NCBI GenBank assembly: GCA_016193315.1
Contig: JACPSJ010000004.1
Coordinates: 1,708-65,707 of the forward strand
Direction of reading: 5' to 3'
DNA: 64,000 bases
DNA from: Candidatus Kerfeldbacteria bacterium
Lineage (GTDB): Bacteria; Patescibacteriota; Patescibacteriia; SBBC01; CAIJZX01
The notes under the pieces are model-generated. The model ran no database searches and had not been told where the DNA came from. It saw only the letters and a program-made list of their open reading frames with translations. The first letter of the stretch is position 1; every line of letters begins with the position of its first letter. Shown one piece after another: positions 20,163 to 29,326 of this stretch. The position numbers were made by a program, and so were the translations under genes.

Positions 20163-22420
20163 CCACCGAGATCGTCAAGCGCCTCAAGCAGACTCGGCTG
20201 GTTCGGGATGGCTTCGAGGCCCCGGCGGAGAACATCCTTGGCTTGATCCAGCTGCTCCCGGCTGCGGTAGTGCTGACTAAACGCCAAGTAGCTCAGCACG
20301 TCTTTCGCCTCCAGCGACAAGGCCCGCTGGAACGCGTCGACTGCTTGGTCGTCATGCTTGAGGGCCGACTCCGCCGTGCCCAGCGCACGCCAGTACAGTG
20401 GGATACTCCTACTCTCGGGGCCAACCCGTTGCAGCTCATCGACTGCCGCCTGGGGTTGATTGCCTTCGGACAATGCTTGAGCTTTGGCCAGTCGGGCCTG
20501 ATCGTAATTCGGTTTCTTCCGCAAGGCCTGGTCGTAGGCGGCCAAGGCCTGGCGCCATAGTTCGTCGGCTTGTGACGGGCCGCTGCCGTCGACCGGTTGG
20601 CTAGCCAGCAGTTTTCGACGACTAACCATCAGCGTTTGGCCCCAGCCAACATCGTGAATCGGACTAGCTGGTTCGAGTTGGCGGAGGGCGGTGAAGTTCT
20701 GCCCGGCCACCGTTTCGGCATCGGCAATGAACGGACTGAGACGGTTGAGGAGGTTGTTGTAGGCTTCAAAGCTGCTCGGGTCGGACGCCCGTCGGCCAAT
20801 CATCTCGCTCATGACTTCAATGGCCAATCGCACGGCCGGCTCGATATCCGACTGGCGGTTAGCCTGGAATGCCAACTCGGCTTTGGTGGCGGCGGCGTGC
20901 GCTAGCAGCGTTGCCGCGTCGAGATTCGATTGGTCAAGTTGTCGCGCCGACTGCAATAGCCGCTCGACCGGCGGCAGCGGCGCGGCCTGAGCCGCCAGGA
21001 TTCGGGCTCGATGGGTCATGATCTGGCTAGCATAGGTCTTGACTGCCGGGTACCAGAAGAGAACGAGGATCAGACTGCTGATAATGAAGCTGGTCAGCAA
21101 ACCAAGGCCGACCGGTTTGGACCGTGGCGTGGCGGCCAGCCACCACGGCCGACTCAAGCCCAACACCGACCACCACAAGAATACCCACACCAACGACCAA
21201 GCCACGAAAAAACCGCTCAGCCCAAGGGCCAGGACCGCAAAGAACGCCAGCAACCGCAACGGTTCCGTCCGTTGCCGCCACCGTTGCCACAACAACCAGC
21301 TAGCCGCGCCGATCAATGCCCCCCAGCCAATCAACCCAACGACTCCGGTCGTCGTCGCCAACTGCCACCACTCCAGTCGGCCGCGCAAAAAACGGGTGCT
21401 CCACCAGGGCGTGTCGTTGGCGGACGTGGGCCGGAGACGTACAAAGGCGTCATACCACGTATTCGGTCCAGTCCCCAGAATCGGTCGATATTTGAGGGCC
21501 GACACCGTGATGGCCGCTGTGGTCGGGTAGTCGAGACGGACTTCTTGTGGCCGGGGCACTGACGACCAGCTGGCTAGATCGCTAAATTGAGCTACCAGGC
21601 CAGCCGCCGCCAAGGCGACCGCCACCCCGACCAGACCAAAACGAGACTGCTGACCACGGCTGGATTCGACGAACACTACCCCGATCATGCCCAGCGAAAA
21701 GAAAGCCCACGCCAGGGGCTGACCAATGAATAACAGCACCAGCCAGCTGACCGTCACGCCGGCGACGATCAACCATCGCTGCCAGCCTTGGGCCGTCCGG
21801 GACCAAAAAAACAGCAGGCTGGCGCCGAAAACGGCGGCCACCAATGCTGTTTCGGTCGGCGAGGCGCTGAGGACCGAGCTGAGCGGGTGGTCGGAAATCG
21901 CCGAGGGCAGGAGGGGAACCCGAGAAAGTTGAAAGACTTGAAGCAATAAGGCTAGGCCGAGACTGGTGGCTAAGGCCAGCCAGGCAATGATCCGCTGTCG
22001 TTCCTGGCGGAAGAGGTGGCCGAGGAGAAAATACCAGCTAGCCAAGCCGATGGTGATCGGCACCGTCTCGGTCACGGCCCCGCTTAATCCGGCCACGCTG
22101 ATCCAGCGATCAAGCGACCACAGCCCGCTCAGCAACGTCACCACCGCCAGGCCGACCACTAGTCCGTCAAACCAGTGCCATGACCAGTCGTGGTGGCGTC
22201 GCTGGAGGGCGGCGACAAAACTGAACAGCCAGCCCAGCGAGACGAGCCCTAGGAAAACGATACCTTTGTGAATCTCCCGGGCATCTTCGGTCCACGGGGC
22301 GACGAGCAGCGGCACCACCAACAAAGCCAGGACCGCCGCCGAGCGCGCCAAATTTTCCCAAACTAGACCCGGATCGGGTGGGAAACGTTTGAAGATTTGG
22401 CTGACCCGTAGGTTTGGCAT
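20159..22420 (-). CDS. O-antigen-ligase-like polytopic membrane protein with C-terminal TPR repeats
   Basis: Many TM segments, RPILGTGPNT loop, TTGVVGL helix, TPR-like C-terminus. Confidence 0.75.
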   Translation of the reverse strand: MPNLRVSQIFKRFPPDPGLVWENLARSAAVLALLVVPLLVAPWTEDAREIHKGIVFLGLVSLGWLFSFVAALQRRHHDWSWHWFDGLVVGLAVVTLLSGLWSLDRWISVAGLSGAVTETVPITIGLASWYFLLGHLFRQERQRIIAWLALATSLGLALLLQVFQLSRVPLLPSAISDHPLSSVLSASPTETALVAAVFGASLLFFWSRTAQGWQRWLIVAGVTVSWLVLLFIGQPLAWAFFSLGMIGVVFVESSRGQQSRFGLVGVAVALAAAGLVAQFSDLASWSSVPRPQEVRLDYPTTAAITVSALKYRPILGTGPNTWYDAFVRLRPTSANDTPWWSTRFLRGRLEWWQLATTTGVVGLIGWGALIGAASWLLWQRWRQRTEPLRLLAFFAVLALGLSGFFVAWSLVWVFLWWSVLGLSRPWWLAATPRSKPVGLGLLTSFIISSLILVLFWYPAVKTYASQIMTHRARILAAQAAPLPPVERLLQSARQLDQSNLDAATLLAHAAATKAELAFQANRQSDIEPAVRLAIEVMSEMIGRRASDPSSFEAYNNLLNRLSPFIADAETVAGQNFTALRQLEPASPIHDVGWGQTLMVSRRKLLASQPVDGSGPSQADELWRQALAAYDQALRKKPNYDQARLAKAQALSEGNQPQAAVDELQRVGPESRSIPLYWRALGTAESALKHDDQAVDAFQRALSLEAKDVLSYLAFSQHYRSREQLDQAKDVLRRGLEAIPNQPSLLEALDDLGG

Positions 22421-22424
22421 CCGA

Positions 22425-23333
22425 TCATCCTCCGCGGAGACGACTGAGAAGGTGCTGGAATTCCTCGTCGGAGTAAAACTCGATACTAACTGAGCCGCGG
22501 TGCTCCCGCTTGGTGATTTTCACTTTGGTCCCAAAACGTGACCGCAGTTCGTCTTCAATGGCGCGCACAGTTGGATCGATCACGCGCCGGAGATGACGAC
22601 GGACAGTCGTTTGCTGACCCAGGTGAGCGGCCGCTCGGACCGGCAGCTGCTGTTTGAGAATTTGATCGAAGAGTCGCTGTCGTTCCTCGGGTGTAATGGC
22701 CGTCAAAAGTATTTTCGCATGGCTGGCCGTAATCGTGCCTTGCCGCAGCGCCTGCTGCATGGCCGACGGTAAGGCTAGTAACCGGACCGCATTCGCAATG
22801 GTTGTGCGGCGCTTGCCTACTTGGCGGGCGATCTCATCTTGGGTCAAGCCAAACTCCTCGCTCAGCTGCTGGTAGGCCAACGCTTCCTCAATTGGGTTCA
22901 GATCCTGACGCTGGACATTCTCGACAATCGCTAATTCCAGCTTCTCCTGCTCCCGCGATTCGCGGATGATGGCCGGCACCGCCGCCAGCCCCAGCCGCTC
23001 GGCCGCCCGCAGGCGCCGCTCGCCCGCAATCAGTTGGTACCGATCGCCAACCCAGCTGACCACCAGCGGCTGGATGATGCCGTGTTGCCGAATGGAATCA
23101 ACCAGCTCGTCGAGCGTTTCATCGTGTGTACGACGACGAGGTTGGTGCGGGTTCGGATCGATCAGCTGCGGCGGGATGTCGAACAGCCGTGATCGATCGG
23201 GCCGATCGGTGCTGGTGGCAGTCGTGGTAGCTGGGGGCGGCTTGGCTGGTAGAACCGGTGGTGGCGTGGCCACCGCTGACTTGCGTGGGATCAGCGAGCT
23301 GAGGCCGCGGCCGAGTGGTCGTTCAGATATCAT
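22425..23333 (-). CDS. parB: Chromosome partitioning protein ParB/Spo0J
   Basis: LGRGLSSLI, PNPHQPR, LIAGERRLRA, VENVQRQDLNPIEEA, HTH. Confidence 0.96.
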   Translation of the reverse strand: MISERPLGRGLSSLIPRKSAVATPPPVLPAKPPPATTTATSTDRPDRSRLFDIPPQLIDPNPHQPRRRTHDETLDELVDSIRQHGIIQPLVVSWVGDRYQLIAGERRLRAAERLGLAAVPAIIRESREQEKLELAIVENVQRQDLNPIEEALAYQQLSEEFGLTQDEIARQVGKRRTTIANAVRLLALPSAMQQALRQGTITASHAKILLTAITPEERQRLFDQILKQQLPVRAAAHLGQQTTVRRHLRRVIDPTVRAIEDELRSRFGTKVKITKREHRGSVSIEFYSDEEFQHLLSRLRGG

Positions 23334-24097
23334 CGCGGCGTGCTGTGAATCTCGTCCGCGAGCTTGCGGTAGGCCTTGGCGCCGGGTGAGTTGGGGTCGT
23401 AGTGAAGGATCGGCTGACCGTAGGATGGCGCTTCGGCCAAGCGCACGTGCCGCGGGATGACCGAGCGAAAAATCTGGTGGGGTGGAAAGTAGTGGTACAA
23501 TTCAGCCAGCACCGCCTCGGCCAACCGGAGGTCGGGATCGTACATGGTCAGAACCAAGCCCAGAATACTCAATTCATCATGCAGGTTCTGTCTGACCAAG
23601 TCGATCGTCTCCATCAGCTGGCCCAATCCTTCCAGCGAGTAATATTCCGCTTGCACTGGGATGAGGACTTCGTCGGCCGCCGCCAAGGCGTTGATCGTTA
23701 GCACCCCGAGCGACGGCGGACAGTCGATAAAAACATAGTCGTAATCATTGAGGATCTCCTCCAGGTTATCACGGAGCAAGAATTCACGTCGCTCCAGCGG
23801 GACGAGTTCGACGTTGGCACCAGCCAAGGACAGCGTGGCTGGTACCAAGTGGTACCGTTCGATGTTGGTCGGGTGAATGACCTCGCGGATCGACACTGGC
23901 GAGACGAGCATTTCATACACGCCCTGGGTCAAGTTCTTATGATCCAGACCCAAACCGCTGGTGGCATTGGCCTGCGGGTCGAGATCAATCAGCAACACCC
24001 GATGCCCGGCCCGTGCCAGGTACGCGCCGAGGTTGATGGCGGTAGTCGTCTTGCCGACTCCGCCTTTCTGGTTGACCACCGCAATAATGCGCGCCAT
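23330..24097 (-). CDS. parA: Chromosome partitioning ATPase ParA/Soj
   Basis: MARIIAVVNQKGGVGKTTT, DLDPQANAT, IDCPPSLG. True start 24097; the longer ORF runs through tRNA-Leu. Confidence 0.96.
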   Translation of the reverse strand: MARIIAVVNQKGGVGKTTTAINLGAYLARAGHRVLLIDLDPQANATSGLGLDHKNLTQGVYEMLVSPVSIREVIHPTNIERYHLVPATLSLAGANVELVPLERREFLLRDNLEEILNDYDYVFIDCPPSLGVLTINALAAADEVLIPVQAEYYSLEGLGQLMETIDLVRQNLHDELSILGLVLTMYDPDLRLAEAVLAELYHYFPPHQIFRSVIPRHVRLAEAPSYGQPILHYDPNSPGAKAYRKLADEIHSTPR

Positions 24098-24154
24098 AGA
24101 GTGTCTGGACTGGATGAGTATACAATTTTCTCGACCGCTCGACAACTTGGTGCG

Positions 24155-24183
24155 TTGACAACCAGCCGCTCGTTGACTACACT
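24155..24183 (+). promoter_or_regulatory. Promoter of tRNA-Leu
   Basis: TTGACA-17-TACACT. Confidence 0.65.
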
Positions 24184-24198
24184 GCATACTGATCTCCT

Positions 24199-24282
24199 GC
24201 CGCCGTGGTGGAACTGGCAGACACGCAGGACTCAAAATCCTGTGGGGGCAACCCCATGTCGGTTCGATTCCGACCGGCGGCA
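24199..24282 (+). tRNA. tRNA-Leu(CAA), CCA not encoded
   Basis: GCCGCCG/CGGCGGC acceptor stem, CAGGA-CTCAAAA-TCCTG anticodon arm, long variable arm, GTTCGATTC T-loop. Confidence 0.95.
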
Positions 24283-24332
24283 CATCCTAAAACGGGTGCG
24301 TCGACATCAAGTAACAATGCTATACTCCTCCC

Positions 24333-24575
24333 ATGCCGAATCGTTTGGTTGAAATTATCGGTTGGTACGGTGCGGTCGCGATACTCGGCGGTTACGCTCT
24401 GATCAGCGCCGGCACCATTCCCGCCCGCGGCTATCTCTACCAACTACTGGTGCTGAGCGGCGCGCTCAGTCTGAGCTATGTTTCGCTGCGGAAGAAAGCG
24501 AATCAACCAGCCTTGGTAAATATCATCTCGGCCATCGTGGCGGTGATCACCATCTTCAGCTTGCTACGATCCTAG
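24333..24575 (+). CDS. Small 3-TM membrane protein
   Basis: 80-aa hydrophobic ORF (IGWYGAVAILGGYAL...PALVNIISA). Confidence 0.75.
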   Translation: MPNRLVEIIGWYGAVAILGGYALISAGTIPARGYLYQLLVLSGALSLSYVSLRKKANQPALVNIISAIVAVITIFSLLRS

Positions 24576-24651
24576 CCACGGCGGTCACCGCGGTCATCAA
24601 AAACTAATCTCGGTCGATCCCGCATTCGGGGTGACGAAAGGAGGTGGTATC

Positions 24652-24921
24652 GTGTATATCGTTCGTGACGTGTTGATCGCTAAACCGGGCCTGGCTTCGA
24701 AACTAGCGGCGATGATGAAAGAGGCTTGGCCGGAGGCTAAGGTCATGACCGACATGACCGGCGTTTTTAACAAGGTGGTAATGGAAGCTGAATATCCTGA
24801 CCTGGCTGCCTTTGAGCGCCACTTGCAAGAATACATGGCGGGAAAAGCGGGCCAGCCGAAAATGACTGGTTACACAGAAATGTATAGCCAGGGCAAACGG
24901 GAAATTTATCGCGTTTGGTAG
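24652..24921 (+). CDS. Small hypothetical protein, NIPSNAP/dimeric alpha-beta barrel-like
   Basis: AAAGGAGGT RBS before GTG 24652; DMTGVFNKVVMEAEYPDLAAFE. Confidence 0.7.
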   Translation: MYIVRDVLIAKPGLASKLAAMMKEAWPEAKVMTDMTGVFNKVVMEAEYPDLAAFERHLQEYMAGKAGQPKMTGYTEMYSQGKREIYRVW

Positions 24922-25059
24922 CCCGTGCCATCTGGACGTACACGAATTTCGGTTTCAGTAAGGCCGACAGATCGGCGCGCTATCATCGTGATAAGTATCT
25001 GTAGCCTGCCCATTTATGGGCTTCCTAAATGTACCACAATTCGCGTCCGTCCCGGTCAC

Positions 25060-25596
25060 ATGAAAACTGTCAATTCCAATCCAGCTATCCCGGACGTAGT
25101 CCGTAAGTTCGACGCCGCGCTCCCCCATTTTCCTGATGGGCGGATTGATTATCGCGGGTCAGGCCGGGCGGCGGTTATTAATGTCGTTGTCAGTGATGGG
25201 CATAAAATTCTTCTACTCAAGAGAAGTAGCCGGGTCGGTGCTTACCGCGGTTTGTGGGCCACGATCGATGGGTACTATGATCGTCTCGTGCCCGTGGAGA
25301 CGATGGCCTTGACAGAACTGACCGAAGAAGTTGGTGCCTCCCCGACCGATGTCGTTCAGGTTCAGACAAAGACGGCTTTTGAGATTTTCGATCCAGCCAT
25401 TCATCGGACTTGGATCGTTCACCCCGTCTACCTTGAAATCAAACACCGACCAAGAATACAGCTGGACTGGGAACACACGGAGTACCGTTGGGTTCAACCC
25501 CAAGACCTGGGTCAATATGATACCATTAAAGGACTCGACCAACTGATAACTCACGTATGGCCATCAAAACCGTCACCATCAAGCAGGGCGCAATGA
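25060..25596 (+). CDS. NUDIX hydrolase
   Basis: KILLLKRS, Nudix-box-like ALTELTEEVG, LDWEHTEYRWV. Confidence 0.85.
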   Translation: MKTVNSNPAIPDVVRKFDAALPHFPDGRIDYRGSGRAAVINVVVSDGHKILLLKRSSRVGAYRGLWATIDGYYDRLVPVETMALTELTEEVGASPTDVVQVQTKTAFEIFDPAIHRTWIVHPVYLEIKHRPRIQLDWEHTEYRWVQPQDLGQYDTIKGLDQLITHVWPSKPSPSSRAQ

Positions 25597-25712
25597 TGCC
25601 CGGCACGCCGCAGCAAATCAACGAAGCTCCCGGCAGCTGGAACACGCTCTGAAAGTCCCAGTCGCCGGCACCGATTGACAAGTCAGTTTGTTTCTCGTAC
25701 GATAGTGACATT

Positions 25713-25991
25713 ATGGAATCACGCCGGGTGGAACTATCTGTAACTTTTTTGCGCGCCGGGAAACGTTACGTGGCATTCAGCCCGGCTTTGGATTTGTCGA
25801 CCTCCGGCAAAACGTTCGCCGAAGCGCGCCGACACTTCGAGGAGGCGGCCGACTTGTTCCTCACTGAGCTCGACGAGATGGGGACACTCGATCAAACCTT
25901 GACCGCGCTCGGGTGGCGGAAACTAGAGCGGCGTTGGACCCCGCCCGTCCTGGTCGCTCAGGAAAACAGCCAAGTCCGGATTCCGGCTTAA
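25713..25991 (+). CDS. HicB-like antitoxin
   Basis: YVAFSPALDLSTSGKTFAEARRHFEEAADL; promoter TTGACA-17-TACGAT at 25675-25703. Confidence 0.85.
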   Translation: MESRRVELSVTFLRAGKRYVAFSPALDLSTSGKTFAEARRHFEEAADLFLTELDEMGTLDQTLTALGWRKLERRWTPPVLVAQENSQVRIPA

Positions 25992-25997
25992 CTGGCG

Positions 25998-26228
25998 ATG
26001 GCGAAACTGGCACCGATTCACTGGCGCCGGTTCGACAAATTTTTGATTTTTGTCGGCTGCCGACTGATGCGGGAACGCGGCGACCATCGGGTCTACCAAC
26101 GGCCTGGCCTGATTCGCCCGATTGTGGTGCCGCGTGATACCCAGCTCCCGGTATTTATTATCCGGAATAATTTGCGTTTGCTTGGTGTGGCGATTGAACA
26201 GTACCTAAAAATACTCGATCAGGTCTAA
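25998..26228 (+). CDS. HicA-family toxin (mRNA interferase)
   Basis: RERGDHRVY...PIVVPR with conserved His; adjacent to the HicB-like gene. Confidence 0.88.
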   Translation: MAKLAPIHWRRFDKFLIFVGCRLMRERGDHRVYQRPGLIRPIVVPRDTQLPVFIIRNNLRLLGVAIEQYLKILDQV

Positions 26229-26253
26229 TCAACTATACAAATCACAATACAAC

Positions 26254-26661
26254 GTGACTGGAATCAAAACCGTCACCATCAAGCAGGGCGCAATGATGCC
26301 CGGCACGCCGCACGAAGTTTTTGAGTTGTGGATGGACAGCACCAAGCATGCTGCTTTCACCGGCGGCGAGGCGAAGATCAGCCGTCAGGTCGGCGGCTCG
26401 TTCACCGTCTTCGACGGCTGGGCGACCGGCAAGAATGTGAAACTGGTGCCAGACACAACCATTGTTCAAACCTGGCGGGCCGACGATTGGCCAGCCGGCC
26501 ATTTTTCAACTATCACTGTCAGCCTGATCAAAGCCCCGAATGGCACGAAGTTTCTGTTCACTCAGACGGATGTGCCAGCCAGCAAAGCCAAGGACATCGC
26601 CCAGGGATGGCGTGATTACTATTGGGCGCCATTGAAAGCCGCCTTAGCCAAACCGAGTTAG
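26254..26661 (+). CDS. SRPBCC/Aha1-like domain protein
   Basis: VGGSFTVFDG, IVQTWRADDWP, GWRDYYWAPLK. Confidence 0.88.
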   Translation: MTGIKTVTIKQGAMMPGTPHEVFELWMDSTKHAAFTGGEAKISRQVGGSFTVFDGWATGKNVKLVPDTTIVQTWRADDWPAGHFSTITVSLIKAPNGTKFLFTQTDVPASKAKDIAQGWRDYYWAPLKAALAKPS

Positions 26662-26675
26662 TTTTGGTGATTAAA

Positions 26676-27977
26676 ATGAAAGAAAAACCGACCATTGCCC
26701 CGCCGACCGGACGTCTAGGGGTCCTGCTCCCGGGTCTGGGCGCTGTGGCCACCACCTACATCGCCGGTCTCCTCCTCGCCCGTCGACAGCAAGGGAAACT
26801 ATTTGGTTCAGTCGCTGAACAAGCCCACATCCGTCTGGGCCCAAGAGCGGCAAAACGCAATCCGAAGATTCGCGACATCCTACCACTGGCGAATATCGAT
26901 GATGTGGTCTTTGGCGGCTGGGACATTTTCCCGGATAACGCTTTCGAAGCTGCAAGAAAAGCCGGCGTCTTGAGCGCCGAGCACCTGAAGGAGATCGAAT
27001 CAGAATTGTCGGCCATCAACCCCATGACCGGAGCTTTCGACCGCGATTTCGTCAAAAAACTTGACGGACCCCATGTCAAAGCCGGCGCCCGTAACCAGAT
27101 GGCCAAGGCTCTCTTCGACGATATCGAACGGTTCAAAGCGGAACACCGTTGCGATCGGCTGGTCATGGTTTGGTGCGGTAGCACTGAAGTCCACCATCAG
27201 GCAGAAGACGTCCACCAGTCACTGACAGCTTTTGAAGATAGTTTGGACTCGGACGACCGCCGGATCAGTCCGAGCATGCTTTACGCCTACGCCGCGCTGA
27301 AACTCGGCATCCCCTACGCCAACGGTGCGCCACATCTCAATAACGAAATCCCGGCCCTGCGCGAATTGGCGGACGCGACGAAAACGCCGATGATGGGCAA
27401 GGATTTCAAAACCGGCCAGACATTGATCAAAACGATCCTGGCTCCTGGATTGAAAGCTCGAATGCTCGGCGTCCACGGCTGGTTCTCCACCAATATCCTC
27501 GGCAACCGCGATGGTGAGGTGCTCGATGACCCGGGATCATTCCGGTCAAAGGAGGTTACCAAAAGCTCGGTCCTGGACACTATTTTCCAAAGCGATGTTT
27601 ACCCCGAACTGTACGGCGATATCTACCACAAGATTCGTATCAACTACTACCCACCGCGCGGTGATGAAAAAGAAGCCTGGGACAACATCGACCTTTTCGG
27701 CTGGCTCGGCTATCCGATGCAGCTGAAGGTTAACTTCTTATGTCGAGATTCCATCTTGGCCGCGCCGGTGGTCCACGATCTGGTGCTCTTTCTTGACCTG
27801 GCCAAGCGGGCCGGGCTAAGCGGCGTTCAAGAATGGCTCGGGTTCTATTTTAAATCACCCCTGACCATCGACCAATTGCCGCCCGAACACGACCTGTTCA
27901 TCCAACAGCTGAAGCTCAAGAACACGCTTCGCGAATTGGCCGGGGAAGTACCGATCACGCATTTGGAGGATCGGTAA
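26676..27977 (+). CDS. ino1: Myo-inositol-1-phosphate synthase
   Basis: GLGAVATT, FGGWDI, GKDFKTGQT, STNILGNRDG, CRDSILAAP. Confidence 0.95.
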   Translation: MKEKPTIAPPTGRLGVLLPGLGAVATTYIAGLLLARRQQGKLFGSVAEQAHIRLGPRAAKRNPKIRDILPLANIDDVVFGGWDIFPDNAFEAARKAGVLSAEHLKEIESELSAINPMTGAFDRDFVKKLDGPHVKAGARNQMAKALFDDIERFKAEHRCDRLVMVWCGSTEVHHQAEDVHQSLTAFEDSLDSDDRRISPSMLYAYAALKLGIPYANGAPHLNNEIPALRELADATKTPMMGKDFKTGQTLIKTILAPGLKARMLGVHGWFSTNILGNRDGEVLDDPGSFRSKEVTKSSVLDTIFQSDVYPELYGDIYHKIRINYYPPRGDEKEAWDNIDLFGWLGYPMQLKVNFLCRDSILAAPVVHDLVLFLDLAKRAGLSGVQEWLGFYFKSPLTIDQLPPEHDLFIQQLKLKNTLRELAGEVPITHLEDR

Positions 27978-28117
27978 GGGGTGCCGAGCAGGTCGCTGAC
28001 CAACGGCTATTGCCCTGAACACCGCGGGATTCAAGATTCCGGTGGCCGATTCTTTCTCCGTCCGAAGAGCTAGATTTGACAAGTGTTCCCCTCGATGCTA
28101 GGATGATTCCTAATTCT

Positions 28118-28238
28118 ATGAATCGAAATTGTCTGAACAATTCGAACATCTATACGAACGCGACTTTTCCATGGCAGAAGTTGCGGCGCTGATGTAATTG
28201 TTATCCTACCCCTGGCCGCCTTCTGCAGGCGGTTTTTT
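28118..28238 (+). promoter_or_regulatory. Candidate leader peptide (24 aa, Asn-rich) plus terminator
   Basis: Promoter TTGACA-17-TAGGAT (28076-28104); ORF 28118-28192 MNRNCLNNSNIYTNATFPWQKLRR; hairpin CCGCC/GGCGG followed by T6 (to 28238). Confidence 0.45.
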
Positions 28239-28328
28239 GATGTTCGTTACACTCCAATCGGCGGCATCGGCCGAAATCATCAGCTGCCGCGTTCGGTGCC
28301 AACGCGGCAATCCACCGGAGGATACACG

Positions 28329-28706
28329 ATGGAATTCAACGAGGTAGAGCAACGAGCAATTCTCGAGCATCTGCGCCGTGAATTGAACGACGTCATCCAC
28401 GATTCCGACCCCGGCTCCATTATTTTCCGGGAGGAAAGATTCGTCAGCCTATGGGGTGTGGCCGGATGCTTAAGGAATCACGGGATCAATCCGGCGTTCA
28501 TTGCCGCAACGTGCTCCTTCTTCCCGTTTCTTGGCATGATTCTCGATGCCAAGGATGAACTGTGGTGGAACTGGTCACGAGGCCACCAGCCGACGGTGGA
28601 TCGGCTCATGGGCTTGGCGGGAGAAGCCTTAGCTAACCCCAAGCTGGGAGTCACTGTACTGCCAAACGGACTGCTGCAGGCCATCAAAAACAAGACAGAG
28701 CCGTAA
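28329..28706 (+). CDS. Hypothetical protein
   Basis: GGAGGA RBS before ATG 28329; hairpin and T-run at ~28725-28752. Confidence 0.7.
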   Translation: MEFNEVEQRAILEHLRRELNDVIHDSDPGSIIFREERFVSLWGVAGCLRNHGINPAFIAATCSFFPFLGMILDAKDELWWNWSRGHQPTVDRLMGLAGEALANPKLGVTVLPNGLLQAIKNKTEP

Positions 28707-28904
28707 CGCCCTTTGACACACGCCCGCGGGAGAGCTCTCGCGGCCTTTTTCTTTGGAGAGAGGGCCGGAACGAAAAGATCCGCCCCACATCTAACGATTC
28801 GAGCGGAGCTCTCCAACGCCTCGCGGCGGTCGGCCGCCACAACTGAAGCAGTTTAGTTGCTTTCGCTTCGCGAATTCGCCTCGACCCAGGCTAAGTTAGT
28901 GATT

Positions 28905-28980
28905 TGGTAGCAGGGGGCGGATTTTCCCGCGGAGCGGGATCCCGCCTACTTTTTTAGAACAACAGGAGCGGGAGAACCGC
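28905..28980 (-). pseudogene. tRNA 3'-end remnant (Met-like acceptor, CCA) with T-loop double-hairpin insertion
   Basis: Minus strand GCGGTTC[28925-28973]AAATCCGCCCCCTGCTACCA. Confidence 0.75.
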
Positions 28981-29019
28981 TGGCATGTGGCCCGTGTTCT
29001 AAAGTCACTTGTTTGTTAC

Positions 29020-29060
29020 TGGTGGCAGGGGTGGGATTTGAACCCACGACTAAAGGCTTA
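29020..29060 (-). pseudogene. 3' half of an outer tRNA-Met-like gene, broken in the anticodon loop
   Basis: Minus strand TAA-GCCTT-TAGTC-GTGGG-TTCAAAT-CCCAC-CCCTGCC-A-CCA; 5' half not recognisable. Confidence 0.8.
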
Positions 29061-29078
29061 CCTGCCCGCCGAGCCAAC

Positions 29079-29326
29079 TGGTGCCAGAGGCCGGATTTTC
29101 CCGCCGCAGCGGGATCCCGCTAGTTTCTCATTGATCAATTGAGCGGGAGAACCGCCGACCCGGGGCCTATCTGCCCGCCAGGCCGTACCAGGAGTGGGGA
29201 TCGAACCCACGACCTCGGGCTTATGAGTCCCACGCTCTACCACTGAGCTATCCTGGCCTGGCCTGGCGGGCGAATGAGTCCCCCCCCGCTGTTTGGCGGG
29301 ACTCTACCGGGCTGAGCTACTCTGGC
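29079..29326 (-). pseudogene. Full-length tRNA-Met(CAT) interrupted by three palindromic inserts, one containing an intact tRNA
   Basis: Removing 29099-29148, the anticodon-loop insert (~29169-29272) and 29285-29300 restores GCCAGAG-TA-GCTC-AGCCCGGTA-GAGT-G-GGGGA-CTCATAG-GCCCC-GGGTC-GGCGG-TTCAAAT-CCGGC-CTCTGGC-A-CCA. Confidence 0.82.
29186..29257 (-). tRNA. tRNA with CAT anticodon (probably elongator Met), intact, CCA not encoded
   Basis: GCCAGGA/TCCTGGT acceptor, GCTC/GAGC D-stem, CTCATAA loop, GTGGG-TTCGATC-CCCAC T-arm. Confidence 0.92.

Larger units (their letters stand above)
25563..26312 (+). repeat. Perfect 50-bp direct repeats (25563-25612, 26263-26312) flanking hicB-hicA
   Basis: atcaaaaccgtcaccatcaagcagggcgcaatgatgcccggcacgccgca occurs twice, 700 bp apart. 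Confidence 0.92.

Noticed and set aside
24098-24283. N-terminal extension of ParA in the ORF track
   Set aside because: It is the antisense of tRNA-Leu and its promoter; ParA homology starts at 24097.
29058-29243. 61-aa ORF, and similar ORFs at 30636-30975 and 62435-62825
   Set aside because: Translations of tRNA and palindrome sequence.
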